Of a DNA stretch of 64,000 nt, positions 51,090 through 64,000 are shown piece by piece. The DNA comes from Octopus vulgaris (taxonomy: Eukaryota). The notes beneath the pieces were generated by a model. The model did not search any database. It worked only from the letters and a program-made list of their open reading frames with translations, and was not told the DNA's origin. Location: positions 9,424,001 to 9,488,000 of the forward strand of contig OX597820.1 in assembly GCA_951406725.2 (NCBI GenBank). Direction: 5' to 3'. Every line of letters begins with the position of its first letter. The first letter of the stretch is position 1. Both the position numbers and the translations under genes were made by a program.

Positions 51090-51950
51090 TTAACCCTTTT
51101 ACCATATTTTTGTTGAGATGCTCTGTGTTTCTTTCAGTTAATATTAAATCTTAAATAACAAAAAATTTAGTAAAAGTGGCTGTGTGGTAAGTAGCTTGTT
51201 TACCAACCACATGGTTCCGGGTTCAATCCCACTGCGTGGCACCTTGGGCAAGTGTCTTCTACTATAGCCTCAGGCTGACCAAAGCCTTGTGAGTGGATTT
51301 GGTAGACGGAAACTGAAAGAAGCCCGTCGTATATATGTATATATATATATGTGCGTGTATGTTTGTGTTTGTCCCCCTAGCATTGCTTGACAACTGATGA
51401 TGGTGTGTTTATGTCCCTGTAACTTAGCGGTTCGGCAAAAGAGACTGATAGAATAAGTACTGGGCTTACAAAGAATAAGTCCCGGTGTCGAGTTGCTCGA
51501 TTAAAAAGGTGGTGCTCCAGCATGGCCGCAGTCAAATGACTGAAACAAGTAAAAGAGTAAAGAGAGTGATCTTTCAGCTAGTGTTAAGAACATAAATTGT
51601 GACTAAGGTTTGGTGGAAGATTTTAATTCAGAACTTATGAAAAGACATTTGTACTACAGAGCCAGAGGCAGTTTCAGCTTGTTTGGTATCAAAAGGGTTA
51701 AGAATTATTTCTCTTTTATATATTTTAACCCTTTTGTTACTGTATTTCTGTTGAGATGCTCCGAGTTTCTTTCAGTTGATTTTAAATATAACAAAGAATT
51801 TAGTAAAATAATTTAGTTATCATTAAGCTAGTGTTAGGAACATAAATCGTGTGACTAAGGTTTTGTGGAAGATTTTAATTCAGAACCTTTGAAAACGAGA
51901 CATTTGTACTACAGAGTCGGAATTCCAGTTGGGTTGGTATCAAAAGCATA
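51090..51950 (+). mobile_element. Two adjacent piggyBac-like MITEs (first interrupted by SINE A at 51175-51567)
   Basis: TTAA-CCCTTTT ... AAAAGGG-TTAA (51090-51701); a second homologous copy starts TTAA-CCCTTTT at 51725. Confidence 0.75.
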
Positions 51951-53971
51951 AAGGCTGCAAACTGATAGAATTGTCAGTGCATCAGACTTAGCAGCATTTT
52001 TTCCAGGTCTTTACATTCTGGGTTCAAATGCTGCTGAGGTTGACTTTTCCTGTCATCCTTTTGCATTAATAAAATAAGTATCAGTTGATTACCGGGGTCA
52101 ATGTGTAATTGATTAGATCCCTTGCCCACAAAATTTCAAGCCTTGTGTCTATAGTAGAAAAAAAATTATTACCATTATAGACACAGGAGTGGCTGTGTGG
52201 AAAGTAGCTTGCATACCAACCACATGGTTCCGGGTTCAGTCCCACTGCATGGCACCTTGGGCAAGTGTCTTCTACTGTAGCCTTGGGCCAACCAAAGCCT
52301 TGTGAATAGATTTGGTAGATGGAAACTGGAAGAAGCCTATTGTATATATATGTGTGTGTGTCTGTTTGTCCCTGATGCTGGTGTATTTACGTCCCTGTAA
52401 CTTAGCGGTTCGGTAAAAGAGATTGATTGAATAAGTACTAGGCTTACAAAGAATAAGTCCTGGGGTCAGTTTGTTAGACTAAAGGCAGTGCTCCAGCATG
52501 GCTGCAGTCAAATGACTGTAACAAATAAAAGAATTATCGTTATTAAGACAGCAGGCTGACAGGATTGTTAGCGCGTCAAACAAACTGCTCTCTACATTTT
52601 AAATTCAAATGCTGCAATGGTTGACTTTGCCTTTTGTTCATTTGGGTTTGTGAAATAAGTACCAGTTATATACTGGGGTGGATGTAATCAACTTACTCTC
52701 CATCATCATCATCATCATCACCATCATCCCTTATCCATGCTGGCTTGGGTTGAATGGTTTGACAGGAGCTGGAGAGCTGCACCAGGCTCCAGTTGTCTGT
52801 TTCAGCTGGATGCCCTCCTCAAAACCAACCACTTTACAAAGTGTCCTGGGTGCATTTTACATGGCACCAATGGGAAGATGAGAAAGTCTTTTATGTTTCG
52901 AGCCTATGCTCTCCAGCAGAGAGGAACACAAGGAAATAAGCAGAGAGAGAATTTGAAAAAAAAGGCTTTAATGGCTTGCGGTCTATACACACACATGGAC
53001 TGACCGACTCAGTACTACTTTTGTGGACCACCAGGGGTCTGCAGACCCCAGGTTGGGAACCACTGCTAAAGTAGAAAGGATTATTATTAAGTTGTAATGT
53101 TAATGATGTATAATTGGATGAAATTCATGCACTGCTTTGTTCCTTCCCTGCTTCCTAATTTAACTTTATTTCTGTTGCATTACCCTTGATATGTCTCAAC
53201 AAAGACCTTTACCTTGTTGTGTAACGGGTGCTGGACAGTTTAATAAATTCCTGTGTGTGTAGTTTTTGCTAAGTGCAGTCATTCTGTTTTACTACTTGAT
53301 AGAAGCTCAGCCAAATATTTGCCAGGATGTTTTGGTCAATAATGAATTACGCTTATCTTCCATGATAAAAATTATTAATTAAAAGAAAGAGCTTCTAATT
53401 ACATAATTGGTCGCAATCACAAGTAATTGACCATCCCATCTATTGACTCTGTGAAGTGCAGCTGCAAAGCAAAATATGGGACACGTGTAAATAATCTAAT
53501 GACAGTCATTGAGATATATGTATTTGTATGCACAGACACCTGCATGGTTGTAAGGTAAGAAGTTAGCTTCTCTATCACTTGGTTTCAAGTTCAGTCCCAC
53601 TGTATGGCAGGTATTTTAGGCCAATGCCTTCAACTGAGGTTCCAGACCAACCAAAGCATTGTGAGTGGATTTGGTGGACAGAAACTGCAAGATGCCTGCT
53701 GGGTCATGGACACACACACACACACCTACCTCAGAAAGTAAATAGACACCCCCTCATTATACTGTTTCATCTGTGTGGACATTTCCCATTAGTATGATGT
53801 CCAAATGGATTAAGTCACAAGGCATCTCTACTAAATACAAGATCAAGTATTTAAGTGCATCAAATGACATTATTTTGTTTCTAGAAATAAAGTTTCCAAA
53901 AAATGATGATGTCATCATCTTCATTGTTTAACTTCTGCCTTCCATGCTAGCATGGGTGAGACGGTTTCACA

Positions 53972-54203
53972 TAAGGCGGCGAGCTGGCAGAAACGTTAGC
54001 ATGCCGGGCGAAATGCTTAGCGGTATTTCGTATGCGTTACGTTGCGAGTTCGAATTCTGCCGAGGTCGACTTTGCCTTTCATCCTTTCGGGGTCGATAAA
54101 TTAAGTACCAGTTACGCACTGGGGTCAATGTAATCGACTTAATACCTATGTCTGTCCTTGTTTGTTCCCTCTGTGTTTAGCCCCTTGTGGGTAATAAAGA
54201 AAT
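53972..54203 (+). mobile_element. SINE family B, full length
   Basis: ggcggcgagctggcagaaacgttagc...taataaagaaata; TSD ggtttcaca; nested in an RTE 3' end. Confidence 0.9.
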
Positions 54204-54899
54204 AGGTTTCACAAGAGCCGGCCAGGCAGAAACTGGCACCAAACTTCTGTGACTGTTTTGGCAGGATTTTTACTGCTGGATGCCCTTCCTAACACCAACG
54301 CTCAGCAGAATGGACTTGGGTGCTTTTTACGTGGCACAAGCCCAGGCGAGTCTGTTTACTTTTAAAGTGTGTGTGTGTGTGTATTACTCTCTCCTTTCCT
54401 TGACATCACATGATAGTTGTAAACGAATGTCACCACCATGTAAGCGGTGTCGTTTGTTCCCAATCTTCTGTGAAAACATGTCTGGTTATGGGGACATACT
54501 ACTTTGCTTGGAAACGGGCGAGGGTTGATGAAGAGAAGGACATCATCCAGCTGTAGAAAACCTTCTTCTACAAATTCCATCTGACCCCTGTAACTGGGAA
54601 ACTGTTCCTGTGCTCCTTAGAAAAGTAATGTGTATTAACCTATATAACCATGGTAAACTGGGCATTCATCGAAGATGATAAGCCGAACGCTGAATTCTCC
54701 ATGACTCAATTTCTGAGAGTGTGTGTGTGGTTGGGAGGTGAGATGCTACAAATTTCTGGATGAATTGATTGTAGAATAATCTTTATGAATTTATCTCTTA
54801 TCTGTCTAATTATGCCCACTCATTAGCCTTACACCAAGCCAACGAGAGCACTCGGTCAACTTTCTGATTCCTCTTATGCTTTTTCTTTCAGTACATCTG

Positions 54900-55140
54900 C
54901 ACTTCTTTGTTTTTCATGCACACAGACAAGGCACACCCAGTGGAGCATGCTGACTTCCTTTCTTTCCAGCCTTTTGCATGTCCTCTATATTCACGGCCCA
55001 TGTTTCATTACCATGTAGCATTGTTCTTCATACATGGGCATCATGCAATCTGCCTTTCCATCTGAGAGACCCTTTATTGCCAGCAGAGGTTAATAACTCT
55101 CAGAACTTTCTCTAACAGGTTCTTATTCCAGTAACTGTAC
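54900..55140 (-). pseudogene. Old RTE LINE ORF fragment
   Basis: Homologous to 35200-35420 (KGRLHDA...GNETWAVNIEDMQK). Confidence 0.7.
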
Positions 55141-55806
55141 TCTCAGAATTCCTCAACTGCTAATTTGGTCACTTTGTAAAAGAAACTACCCACTACCTTT
55201 AGAGATCCTCTTGCACTTTCAAATACACACACACACATAGCATCATCTAATGTTTGTATTCCATATAGGTGCTGGAGTGGCTATGTGGTAATTAGCTTGC
55301 TTACCAACCACATGGTTCTGGGTTCAGTCCCACTGCGTAGCATCTTGAGCAAGTGTCTTCTGCTATAGCCTCAGGCCAACCAAAGCCTTGTGAGTGGATT
55401 TGGTAGACGGAAACTGAAAGAAGCCTGTCGTATGTGTGTGTGTGTGTGTATGTTTGTGTGTCTGAGTTTCAAGTGTTGGGCCTCACGGGGCCAATGACAA
55501 CGACCTTTGGCATTATGTTGTACTTGAGAAGAAGATCCATCAAGCCGAGCAAGGTACCGGCATCATGCGAATGGCACCTGTGCCAGTGGCATGTAAAAGC
55601 ACCCATTACACTCTCGGAGTGGTTGGCATTAGGAAGGGCATCCAGCTGTAGAAAACCATGCCTAATCAGAGTGGAGTCTGATACAGCATGCCAGCATGGA
55701 CAACAGACATTGAATGATGCTGTGTGATTGTGTGCATGTTTGTCTCCTTATCTTGATATCACATGATAATTGCAGAAGTGAGTGTCACGGTCAAATATAA
55801 TGTAAT

Positions 55807-56180
55807 GTAGCTTGCTAACCAACCACATGGTTCCGGGTTCAGTCCCACTGCGTGGCATCTTGGGCAAGTGTCTTCTGCTATAGCCCCGGGCCCACCAATG
55901 CCTTGTGAGTGGATTTGGTAGACGGAAACTGAAAGAAGCCTGTCATATATATGTATGTGTGTGTGTTTGTGTGTCTGTGTTTGTCCCCCTAGCATTGCTT
56001 GACAACCGATGCTGGTGTGTTTACGTCCCCGTCACTTAGCGGTTCGGCAAAAGAGACCGATAGAATAAGTACTGGGCTTACAAAGAATAAGTCCCGGGGT
56101 CGATTTGCTCGACTAAAGGCGGTGCTCCAGCATGGCCGCAGTCAAATGACTGAAACAAGTAAAAGAGAAAAGAGAAAGAG
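55807..56180 (+). mobile_element. SINE family A (5' trimmed)
   Basis: Matches the consensus. Confidence 0.9.
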
Positions 56181-58025
56181 ATAATACATGGTAAATATTT
56201 ATGGAACGCTTGTACCTCTTATATCTTCTCAGGATATGTAGATCATGAAATGATGTCAAATTAAATGCTTATAGAAGAAAAAATGAGAATGTTGACCCTA
56301 CACCAGTGTCACATAACTGGCCCACTTAAAAAGTACTTTGGATCGTAGGATGACATGCCATACTTAAGGAGACCTATTGAGTCAAGTACATCAAAATCAA
56401 ATCAAATTACAATCAAATGGAAATTGTAGTTGTGGTCCCCAAGCTGGTGGCACATAGAAAGCACCATCTGAACGTGGCTCCCATATTGGTGGCACGTAAA
56501 AAGCACCATTCAATTGTGGTCGAAGCCAGCCTCCTCTGGCTCCTGTGCTGGTGGCATGTAAAAAGCACCCACTACACTTTCGGAGTGGTTGGCATTAGGA
56601 AGGGCATCCAGTTGTAGTAACACTGCCAGATCTGACAGAGCCTGGTGCAGCCTCCTGGCTTCCCAGATCCCAGTCGAACCGTCCAACCCGTGCCAGTTTG
56701 GAAAACGGACGTTAAATGATGATGATGATGACCTGTATTATGTTTATACTAACCTTTTTAAAACCAATTATAGTTCAGAAAAGAAAGGGGAATATTTCTG
56801 AAATCCAGTCTGTGAGAGGTTAAATTTTCACTTCAGTATTCATTTAGTAGTGAATTTTTAAAAGTTATGCTCTTACAATTTCGGAATCTACAGATCTTTT
56901 TGATTCCAGAGACATGATTTTATAGAGCTAAACCAAAGAAAATGTTATGGCAATTTAAAAACTGCAACCTCAAAACAATATCACATAACATTGTAGTAGA
57001 TTTGGCTGTTATTTCTAGCAGGTTAAGTGACTACCAATGGCTCATCTCATTTGATGTGCATTAACAGGTGGATGTAGGATTAAGAGGGTGGACTGGGTTG
57101 TTAAATCTAAAGGGAGGTGCTGGAATATATGGTCATATCTTAGTGACGTAAAAATAATTCTGTGGTTTCCAAACAGTGTAGCAAAACCCTAGGGTACCAC
57201 AAGCAGAAGTTAAGGGTGTCAAGTTGGTGGTAGTTAGGGGTTCCAGAGACTGCAGTTAGAGGTATTAAAGGAATACTGTAAATGGGAGTTAGGGGTGTCA
57301 TGGACAACAGTTAGAGGTGTCAGAGAAGGCAGTAGATATATGGGTGTCACATATGGTAGTTAAGAGTATCAGGGGTAGTGATTAAGGGTCCTGTGAGCAG
57401 CTGTTCAGAATGTGGCGTGATTTTAGATTTAAAACAACACAATTCACAAATGACATCAACAAGGGGGTCATGTGCTCTTATTCATAGGAAAACAGGATGA
57501 TGATGTCATGGAAACATCAGAAACCACCAAACCAATCTGTTGTTATAATTAATCAATTATAATTAACAAATAATGAGGTTGTCTGATGTTTTTTGATGAT
57601 TTTGTTCCAAACAAGGCTTGAGGCCATTGTATTGTAAAGGACCACAAAGAAGGAAAAGAAGGGGGCTGCAAATTCAAAAGATGTTGATTGTCAGAAAGCT
57701 TAAAGAATTGAATGCTATAGACCAGGGGAGTAGAAAACTATGGTGAATCCTGGAGAGGAGCAGTTTGAGGAAAACAGGCAGCTCAAAAGAGAAATGTTGC
57801 AACACCAAAGAGAAGCGACATGTTTAAAGGTCTTGACAGAGGGTATTAGACCAGAAAGTTCATCAGGGCAATCATCATCATCATCTTTTAACGTCTGTTG
57901 TCCATGCTGGCATGGGTTGGACAGTTTGACCAGGGCTGGTAACCTGAGGGGCTGTACCAGACTCTAGTCTGATTTGGCATGGTTTCTATGGTTGGATGCC
58001 CTTCCTAATGCTAACCATGGAAATG

Positions 58026-58747
58026 CAGTAGAAGCTCGCAGTACAAGTGCCCCGTTGTACGAGTAATTTGCTGTACGAGCCGAGACTCGCGCAAATTTTT
58101 GTCTTGAAGTATGAGCGGAAATCCGCAGTACAAGCGTACAAATCATCCCATCATCATCATCATCATCATCGTTTAATGTCCGTTTTCCATGCTGGCATGG
58201 GTTGGACGGTTCAACTAGGGTCTGGGAAGCCAGAAGGCTGCGCCAGGCCCAGTCTGATTTGGCAGTGTTTCTACAGCTGGATGCCCTTCCTAACGCCAAC
58301 CACTCCAAAAGTGTAGTGGGTGCTTTTTATGTGCCACCTGCACAGGTGCCAGACGAGGCTGGCAAACGGCCACGATCGGATGGTGCTTTTTATGTGCCAC
58401 CGGCACGGGGGCCAGACGAGGCTAGCAAACGGCCACAATCGGATGGTGTTTTTTACGTACCACCGGCACAGAGGCCAGTCGGGGCAGTGCTGGCAACGGC
58501 CACATTCGAATGGTTCTCTTGCGTGCCACCGGCACTGGTATCTCAGCTACAATTTCCTTTGATGTTGAACGATTTCGATTTTCACCTCTTAATAAAACCC
58601 GTTTTCATATTTCTTTTGCATTTTCTTTTTTATAATTGTCATTTGACTTTTAAGTACACCTTTTCTGTTTTAAAACCCTTAAGAAATTATTTTTTAGGGG
58701 TTTTGTGGGGGCTGGAACGGATTAATTATATTTTAGTTAATTTCAAT
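58026..58747 (+). mobile_element. Tigger-like element interrupted by an RTE 3' UTR (58149-58585, minus strand)
   Basis: cagtagaagctcgcagtacaa start with gtacgag motifs; resumes with ctggaacggattaatt. Confidence 0.55.
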
Positions 58748-60326
58748 ACTCTTTACACTTTTACTTGTTTCAGTCATTTGATTGCGGCCATGCTGGAGCA
58801 CCGCCTTTAGTCGAGCAAATTGACCCCATAGCTTATTCTTAGTAAGCCTAGTACTTATTCTATCGGTCTCTTTTGCCAAACTGCTAAGTTACGGGGATGT
58901 AAACACACCAGCATCGGTTGTCAAGCGATGTTGGAGGGAGAAACAGACACACAAACACATACACACACATATATATATATGCATATATGAAGGGGTTTCT
59001 TGTAGTTTCTGTCTACCAAATCTTGTGCTAGTGTCTTTTTTTTATTACCTCAAGGCCGACCACAGCCTTGTGAGTTGATCTGGTTGACAGAAACTGAAAG
59101 AAGTCAGTTATATATTTACATATGTGTGTGTTTGTCTCCTTAACTTAGCAGTTCAGCAAAAGAGGCAAATAGAATAAGTACCTGGCTTTAAAAAAATCAA
59201 GAAGTACTGGGTTCAATTCATTTGACTAAAAATCCGTGAAGGCACTGCCCCAGCATGGCCACATTTTAATGACAAACAAATAAAAGATAATATATGATTC
59301 ATAATTGTGGTAGTTTGTAACGAGATGTAAAAGGTTAATAGTCAACTTTTGATTTATTTTACTTTTTTTTTTGCTCTATTTTTTGTTTTGTTTTTTTTTC
59401 CTTGTTGCTCCGTGAACAAAGCACTTTTGTCTGATCTGTAGACTAAATTTTGTTAGTTGTCTTTTTCACCGAGATTTGTGCCAGAAATATCATGATATCA
59501 AGATAATAAACCTGCTTTATCTTGTAGAAATTATTGCATATCTGATATAAAACATTGTGTTTTGGGTTGAGAATCATAATTCAGAGATAAAATTAAACGG
59601 TTGGTGTGTAACTATCACTTTCAGTATGTCACCAGTATTGTGTTCCAGTTCTCAATGAATGTAATCTGTGGCCCTGTTTTTGACTTGCCATTTGGAAGCA
59701 CTTTCAATTGGGAAAGGCATGAACACCACAACTTCCTGCTTTTTTGTTTTTGCTTCAGTAAATTGAGGATTTCCTCATTTGTGTAAGTAGGAAAGCCAGT
59801 TACCCATAGAATCCAAACCTATTTCTTTACTACCCACAAGGGGCTAAACACAGAGAGGAGAGAGGACAAACTAGGAGGATTAAGTGGATTACATCGACCC
59901 CAATGCATAACTGGTACTTAATTTATCAACCCCGAAAGGATGAAAGGCAAAGTCGACCTTGGCAGAATTTAAACTCAGAACGTAACGGCAGACGAAATAC
60001 GGCTACGCATTTCGCCCGGAGTGCTAACCATTCTGCCAGTTCGCCGGGACCTAGCACAGCTCTTTGGCTTGCCAGTTCTGGTCAAACTGTCCAACCCATG
60101 CCAGCATGGAAAACGGATGTTAAATGATGATGATGGTGATCTCCATCCGTCTCCAATGGACTCCAGTTCCTGTGCCCCTTCTCTCTGTTGTTTTTCGTCT
60201 GTCACATTTGTATCCTTGGTGTGAGAAGGTTTCACATTGTGTGTGTCCGTGTGTCCTTGTTTTGACATCAAGCGATGGCTGTCAGTGAGCATCATTGACA
60301 TGCAAGCGATGGTGTTCATTTCCAGC

Positions 60327-60870
60327 CATCATCATCATCATCATCATCATTTAACATCCGTTTTCTGTGCTGGCATGGGTTGGACGATTTTGATTGAGGT
60401 CTGGAAACCAAGTGGCTGCACCAGGCTCCAATCTTGATTTGGCAGAGTTTCTACAGCTGGATGCCCTTCCTAACGCCAACCACTCCAGGAGTGTAGTGGG
60501 TGCTTTTTACATGTCACTGGCACAGGAGCCAGTCAGGTGGCACTGGCATCGACCATATTCAGATGGTGCTTTTTATGTGTCACTGGCATCGACCATATTC
60601 AGATGGTGCTTTTTACATGTCACTGGCACAGGTGCCAGTCAGGCAGACCTGGCATTGACCATATTCGGATGGTGCTTTTTATGTGCCACTGGCACGGGAG
60701 CCAGTCAGTGGGCACTTGCCACAGCTACGATTTGTGCTTTATTTGACTTAACAGGTCTTCTCAAGCATATCATATCGCCTGATGCATCAAGGGTACTTTT
60801 AAATGGGCTGGACATGCAACACTGGCTTCGGCCATGGCTGCGATCTCACTTTAGTTGCCGGGTCTTCCCA
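60327..60870 (-). mobile_element. RTE LINE 3' UTR with tandem units
   Basis: (cat)n tail, family C core, repeated ggtgctttttatgtg(c/t)cactggcac. Confidence 0.85.
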
Positions 60871-61564
60871 GTCTTCCATAAAAACATGTCTGGTTATGAG
60901 AAAACATTTTTGTGTCTGAAGCAAGTGAGGGTCGGCAAGAAAGGGTTATGGTCATAGAATATCTGCTTCAACGATTTCTGTCTGACCCATACAAGCATGG
61001 GAAAGTAGACATTAACTCTTTAGCATTCAGATTATGGCTCTGGTTGTCTGTTTTGGCATAATGTCTACACCTGGATATCCTTCCTAACACCAACCACTTT
61101 ACTAAGTATACCGGGTGATTTTTTATGTGGCACCAAGATGGGTACTTTTTATGTGGTGTCAACATGGGTGGCTTTTTACGAGGCACTGGCACTATTTAGT
61201 TTAATTTCTATAGGTTCTTATTTCAAATTTTGTCCTTCCATGGCTGGTAATTCTTTTAACAGTGTTTGGACTTGTTTAGTATCTGTTTTCACGAACTCAC
61301 AGCTGTGACTTTAATTTCAGCAGAATTGATAAACGAAGTCAGTTACCATGATTAATTTAATTGATTATATGCTCTGTTCTTGGTGAGCCAAAAATTAAGC
61401 CTTGACCTAATTGAAAGGAATTGTCATTAACGTGAAGACAATTAAGAATAAACTATTTTTTTTTTTTTTTTTTTTTGGTACCTAGTTCAAAGCCTCATGG
61501 TTCTGTGTTGAAATCCTGCTGGTGCTGAACCAATAAAATTTTGGGGTCAGTTGAACTGACTCAA

Positions 61565-61757
61565 ATCTCTCTGTCTGTCTGTCTCTCTCTCTTTCTCTCT
61601 CTCTCTCTCTCCCTCTGTCTCTCTCTCTCTGTCTCTCTCTCTCTCTCTCTCTGTCTCTTTCTCTCTCTCTCCCTCTGTCTCTCTCTCCCTCTGTCTCTCC
61701 CTCTGTCTCTCCTCTCTGTCTCTCTCTCTGTCTCTCCCTCTCCCCCCCTCTCTCTCT
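61565..61757. repeat. (CT)n/(CTGT) compound microsatellite
   Basis: Directly visible. Confidence 0.95.
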
Positions 61758-62043
61758 GAATGTGCTCCTCTGGTACTTTGTTAGGCATAGCTGATTGTTA
61801 CAAAGATGCATTCTCGGTGAACAGATTGAGTTGAAATCATTTCACTCCATTTGAATCGCTGGTATTCTTGCAAGCTGTTACAGTTGTCAGCTTCATTGCT
61901 TTGTACTGAAATAGCAAAAGACAAGGAAGAAGGCAATGTGATTGTTTGAGCTCCTAGAAATAGCAACCAAATTTACCTATGAAAGATCACTGTTATTTTT
62001 ATTTACTAAAGTCATAATATAAAGACTTAATATAAGGACTTTG

Positions 62044-63323
62044 GGATCTTTTCTATTCTGAAGCCAGTTTTTTCAAATTTTTCCTACTGAACCAAACAAT
62101 TTGAAACTTCGTATACTGGTAGAATGTGTCAAAAGTAAACTTAATTGTAAACCAGAATGAAAACGGAATTGTAACTTCTAAGTTTAACGTTGTTTAATAA
62201 TTAGAATTTTAACCAATGATATTCCGTCATTCGGCTTTATTTTATTTACTCCGTCTCGACCACCAATTTCGTGACGTATTAGACATCTTAAATGTAAACA
62301 AGCTATAGTCAGCCACCTACCGTCTAGGGGAAGCATTGATGTACATGTGTGTGTGTGTGTGTTTGATGGGGTGTGGGAGACAGTATGTTGTGTAAGTGAA
62401 GTGCTTCTGTTAGTGTGTGTGAAGAGACAGAGAGAGAGAGTAATGTGTGAAAGAAAGAGATAACTGAAATTTTTTACTCGGTGTATGTGTATATGTATGT
62501 CTGCATGTATGTGTGTGTGTATGTATGTGTAAGTATGTGTGTGTGTGTGTATGTATGTGTGTGTGTGTATGTATGTATGGCCGATTCATCGTAATTACGA
62601 TGAATCGGCCATACATACATAGATACATACACACACACACATACATGCAGACATACATATACACATACACCGAGTAAAAAATTTCAGTTATCTCTCTCTT
62701 TCACACATTACTCTCTCTGTCTCTTCACACACACTAACAGAAGCACTTCACTTACACAACATACTGTCTCCCACACCCCATCAAACACACACACACACAC
62801 ACATGTACATCAATGCTTCCCCTAGACGGTAACTTCAAAGACAAACTTCCCTCGTCATAAAATCGCTTCCTCTTAGTCTCTTTCGCTCTCATTACTTATG
62901 TAAAAAAATAAAAGTTTTTTACGGAAATCGACGGAAAACTTGTGCTACGACAAGCGAAACTTCGCCGAAATTTAATATTAAAAAAGCAAAGAGCTGGCAG
63001 AAACGTTAGCACGCCGGGCGAAATGCGTAGCCGTATTTCGTCTGCCGTGTTTGTTTACAGTTTTCCGAACGTTAGTACGTCACAAAAGCGCTTTCTACGT
63101 CACACTAATAGAATGCAGTCACGTTTTACACATGAAAACAAACAATCTGATTGGTTAAAATTCGCAGTTTTAATCTACGATTAAAGTCATAAAATAGATT
63201 TTTCTCAAATAAACTAGTTCCAACCTGTGTCTTGTTTTGCTAGACTCTATCAGCATACGAAGTTTCAGATTATTTAGTTAAGTAGAAAGATCTGTGGTCC
63301 TGGCTTCAGAATAGAAAAGATCC
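62044..63323. mobile_element. Merlin-like non-autonomous DNA transposon
   Basis: Perfect 24-bp TIRs ggatcttttctattctgaagccag / ctggcttcagaatagaaaagatcc; 8-bp TSD ggactttg (62036-62043, 63324-63331); GG termini with an 8-bp TSD fit Merlin. Confidence 0.85.
62318..62831. repeat. About 510-bp spacer-less palindrome
   Basis: Centre gccgattcatcgtaa|ttacgatgaatcggc at 62594/62595; arms differ mainly in microsatellite length. Confidence 0.95.
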
Positions 63324-64000
63324 GGACTTTGTTATCTAATATCTTTTTCTTATTGTAACGGTTGAAAGTGACTGGCGTAAGATTTAGTTGCATTTTCTAG
63401 TAGATCAAGCAAACGACTAGAGTTTTCTCATTGACTTATATATCCTGTTACTATTGGCTTTTGTATATTCTATTCTCTTAGTGGTTTGTCATTGGATTCT
63501 GGCCTTGTTGGTCTTCCACCCACCTCCAAGGGTATACTTGAGCAGCCATGGTAATCTCACCACTTAATTTCTGCCTAGTACTTATCTCATATTTATTTCT
63601 TGAAATACTTGGTTACAGGACATAAACCACACTTAGCCATTATACATGTACACACACACTTGCATGTGTATGTGTGTTTCCCTAATTCTTCACTCCCTTT
63701 GCTCCCTACCTCTCTCTGTTCCTCCCACGTGACTGGTGCTCAGCCAAGCATAATCTCTCTTCCTTGGCCTGGCTGCCGCTCGCACAACATCTTCTTTTCT
63801 TGTCACCTGACTTTCACTTATATTTCTTGCCATAAGGCTCCCACTTCACACGCTAGCTTTTCCTGTTTTCTCTTTTTTTTTTTTTTGTTGTCCATATTGT
63901 TGGCACATATTCGCCCGCTTTCTTCCAAAAATTTAATTCCCTTAGCTTAGATTTTTGGGGCCTACCAATTTTGAACAGTCTCAAGTGTAACAGGCCAAAA

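Overview
AT-rich eukaryotic genomic DNA with no recognisable host protein-coding exon. The repeat content (two very abundant tRNA-derived SINE families, RTE-clade LINE 3' ends with (GAT)n tails, dense (TA)n/(CA)n microsatellites) is typical of an octopus genome; this is inferred, not verified. Most of the window is transposon debris: SINEs, RTE, R4-type and Jockey/CR1-type LINE fragments, a mariner transposase pseudogene, and hAT, Merlin-like, piggyBac-like, Tigger-like and Helitron non-autonomous elements. A CpG-retaining, TE-poor segment at about 38.1-38.44 kb ends in a C|GTAAGT donor and looks like a promoter plus non-coding first exon followed by a large intron. The most striking structure not visible in the ORF track is a multi-family set of short fold-back (inverted arm + direct arm + tail) inserts sitting in (TA)n tracts. 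They occur alongside minimal hammerhead-ribozyme motifs and a Neptune-type GIY-YIG endonuclease relic, which points to Penelope-like retroelements. A second structure is a tandemly amplified hairpin + H-type pseudoknot module in the RTE LINE 3' UTR. All coordinates were read by eye; boundaries of degenerate elements are approximate.
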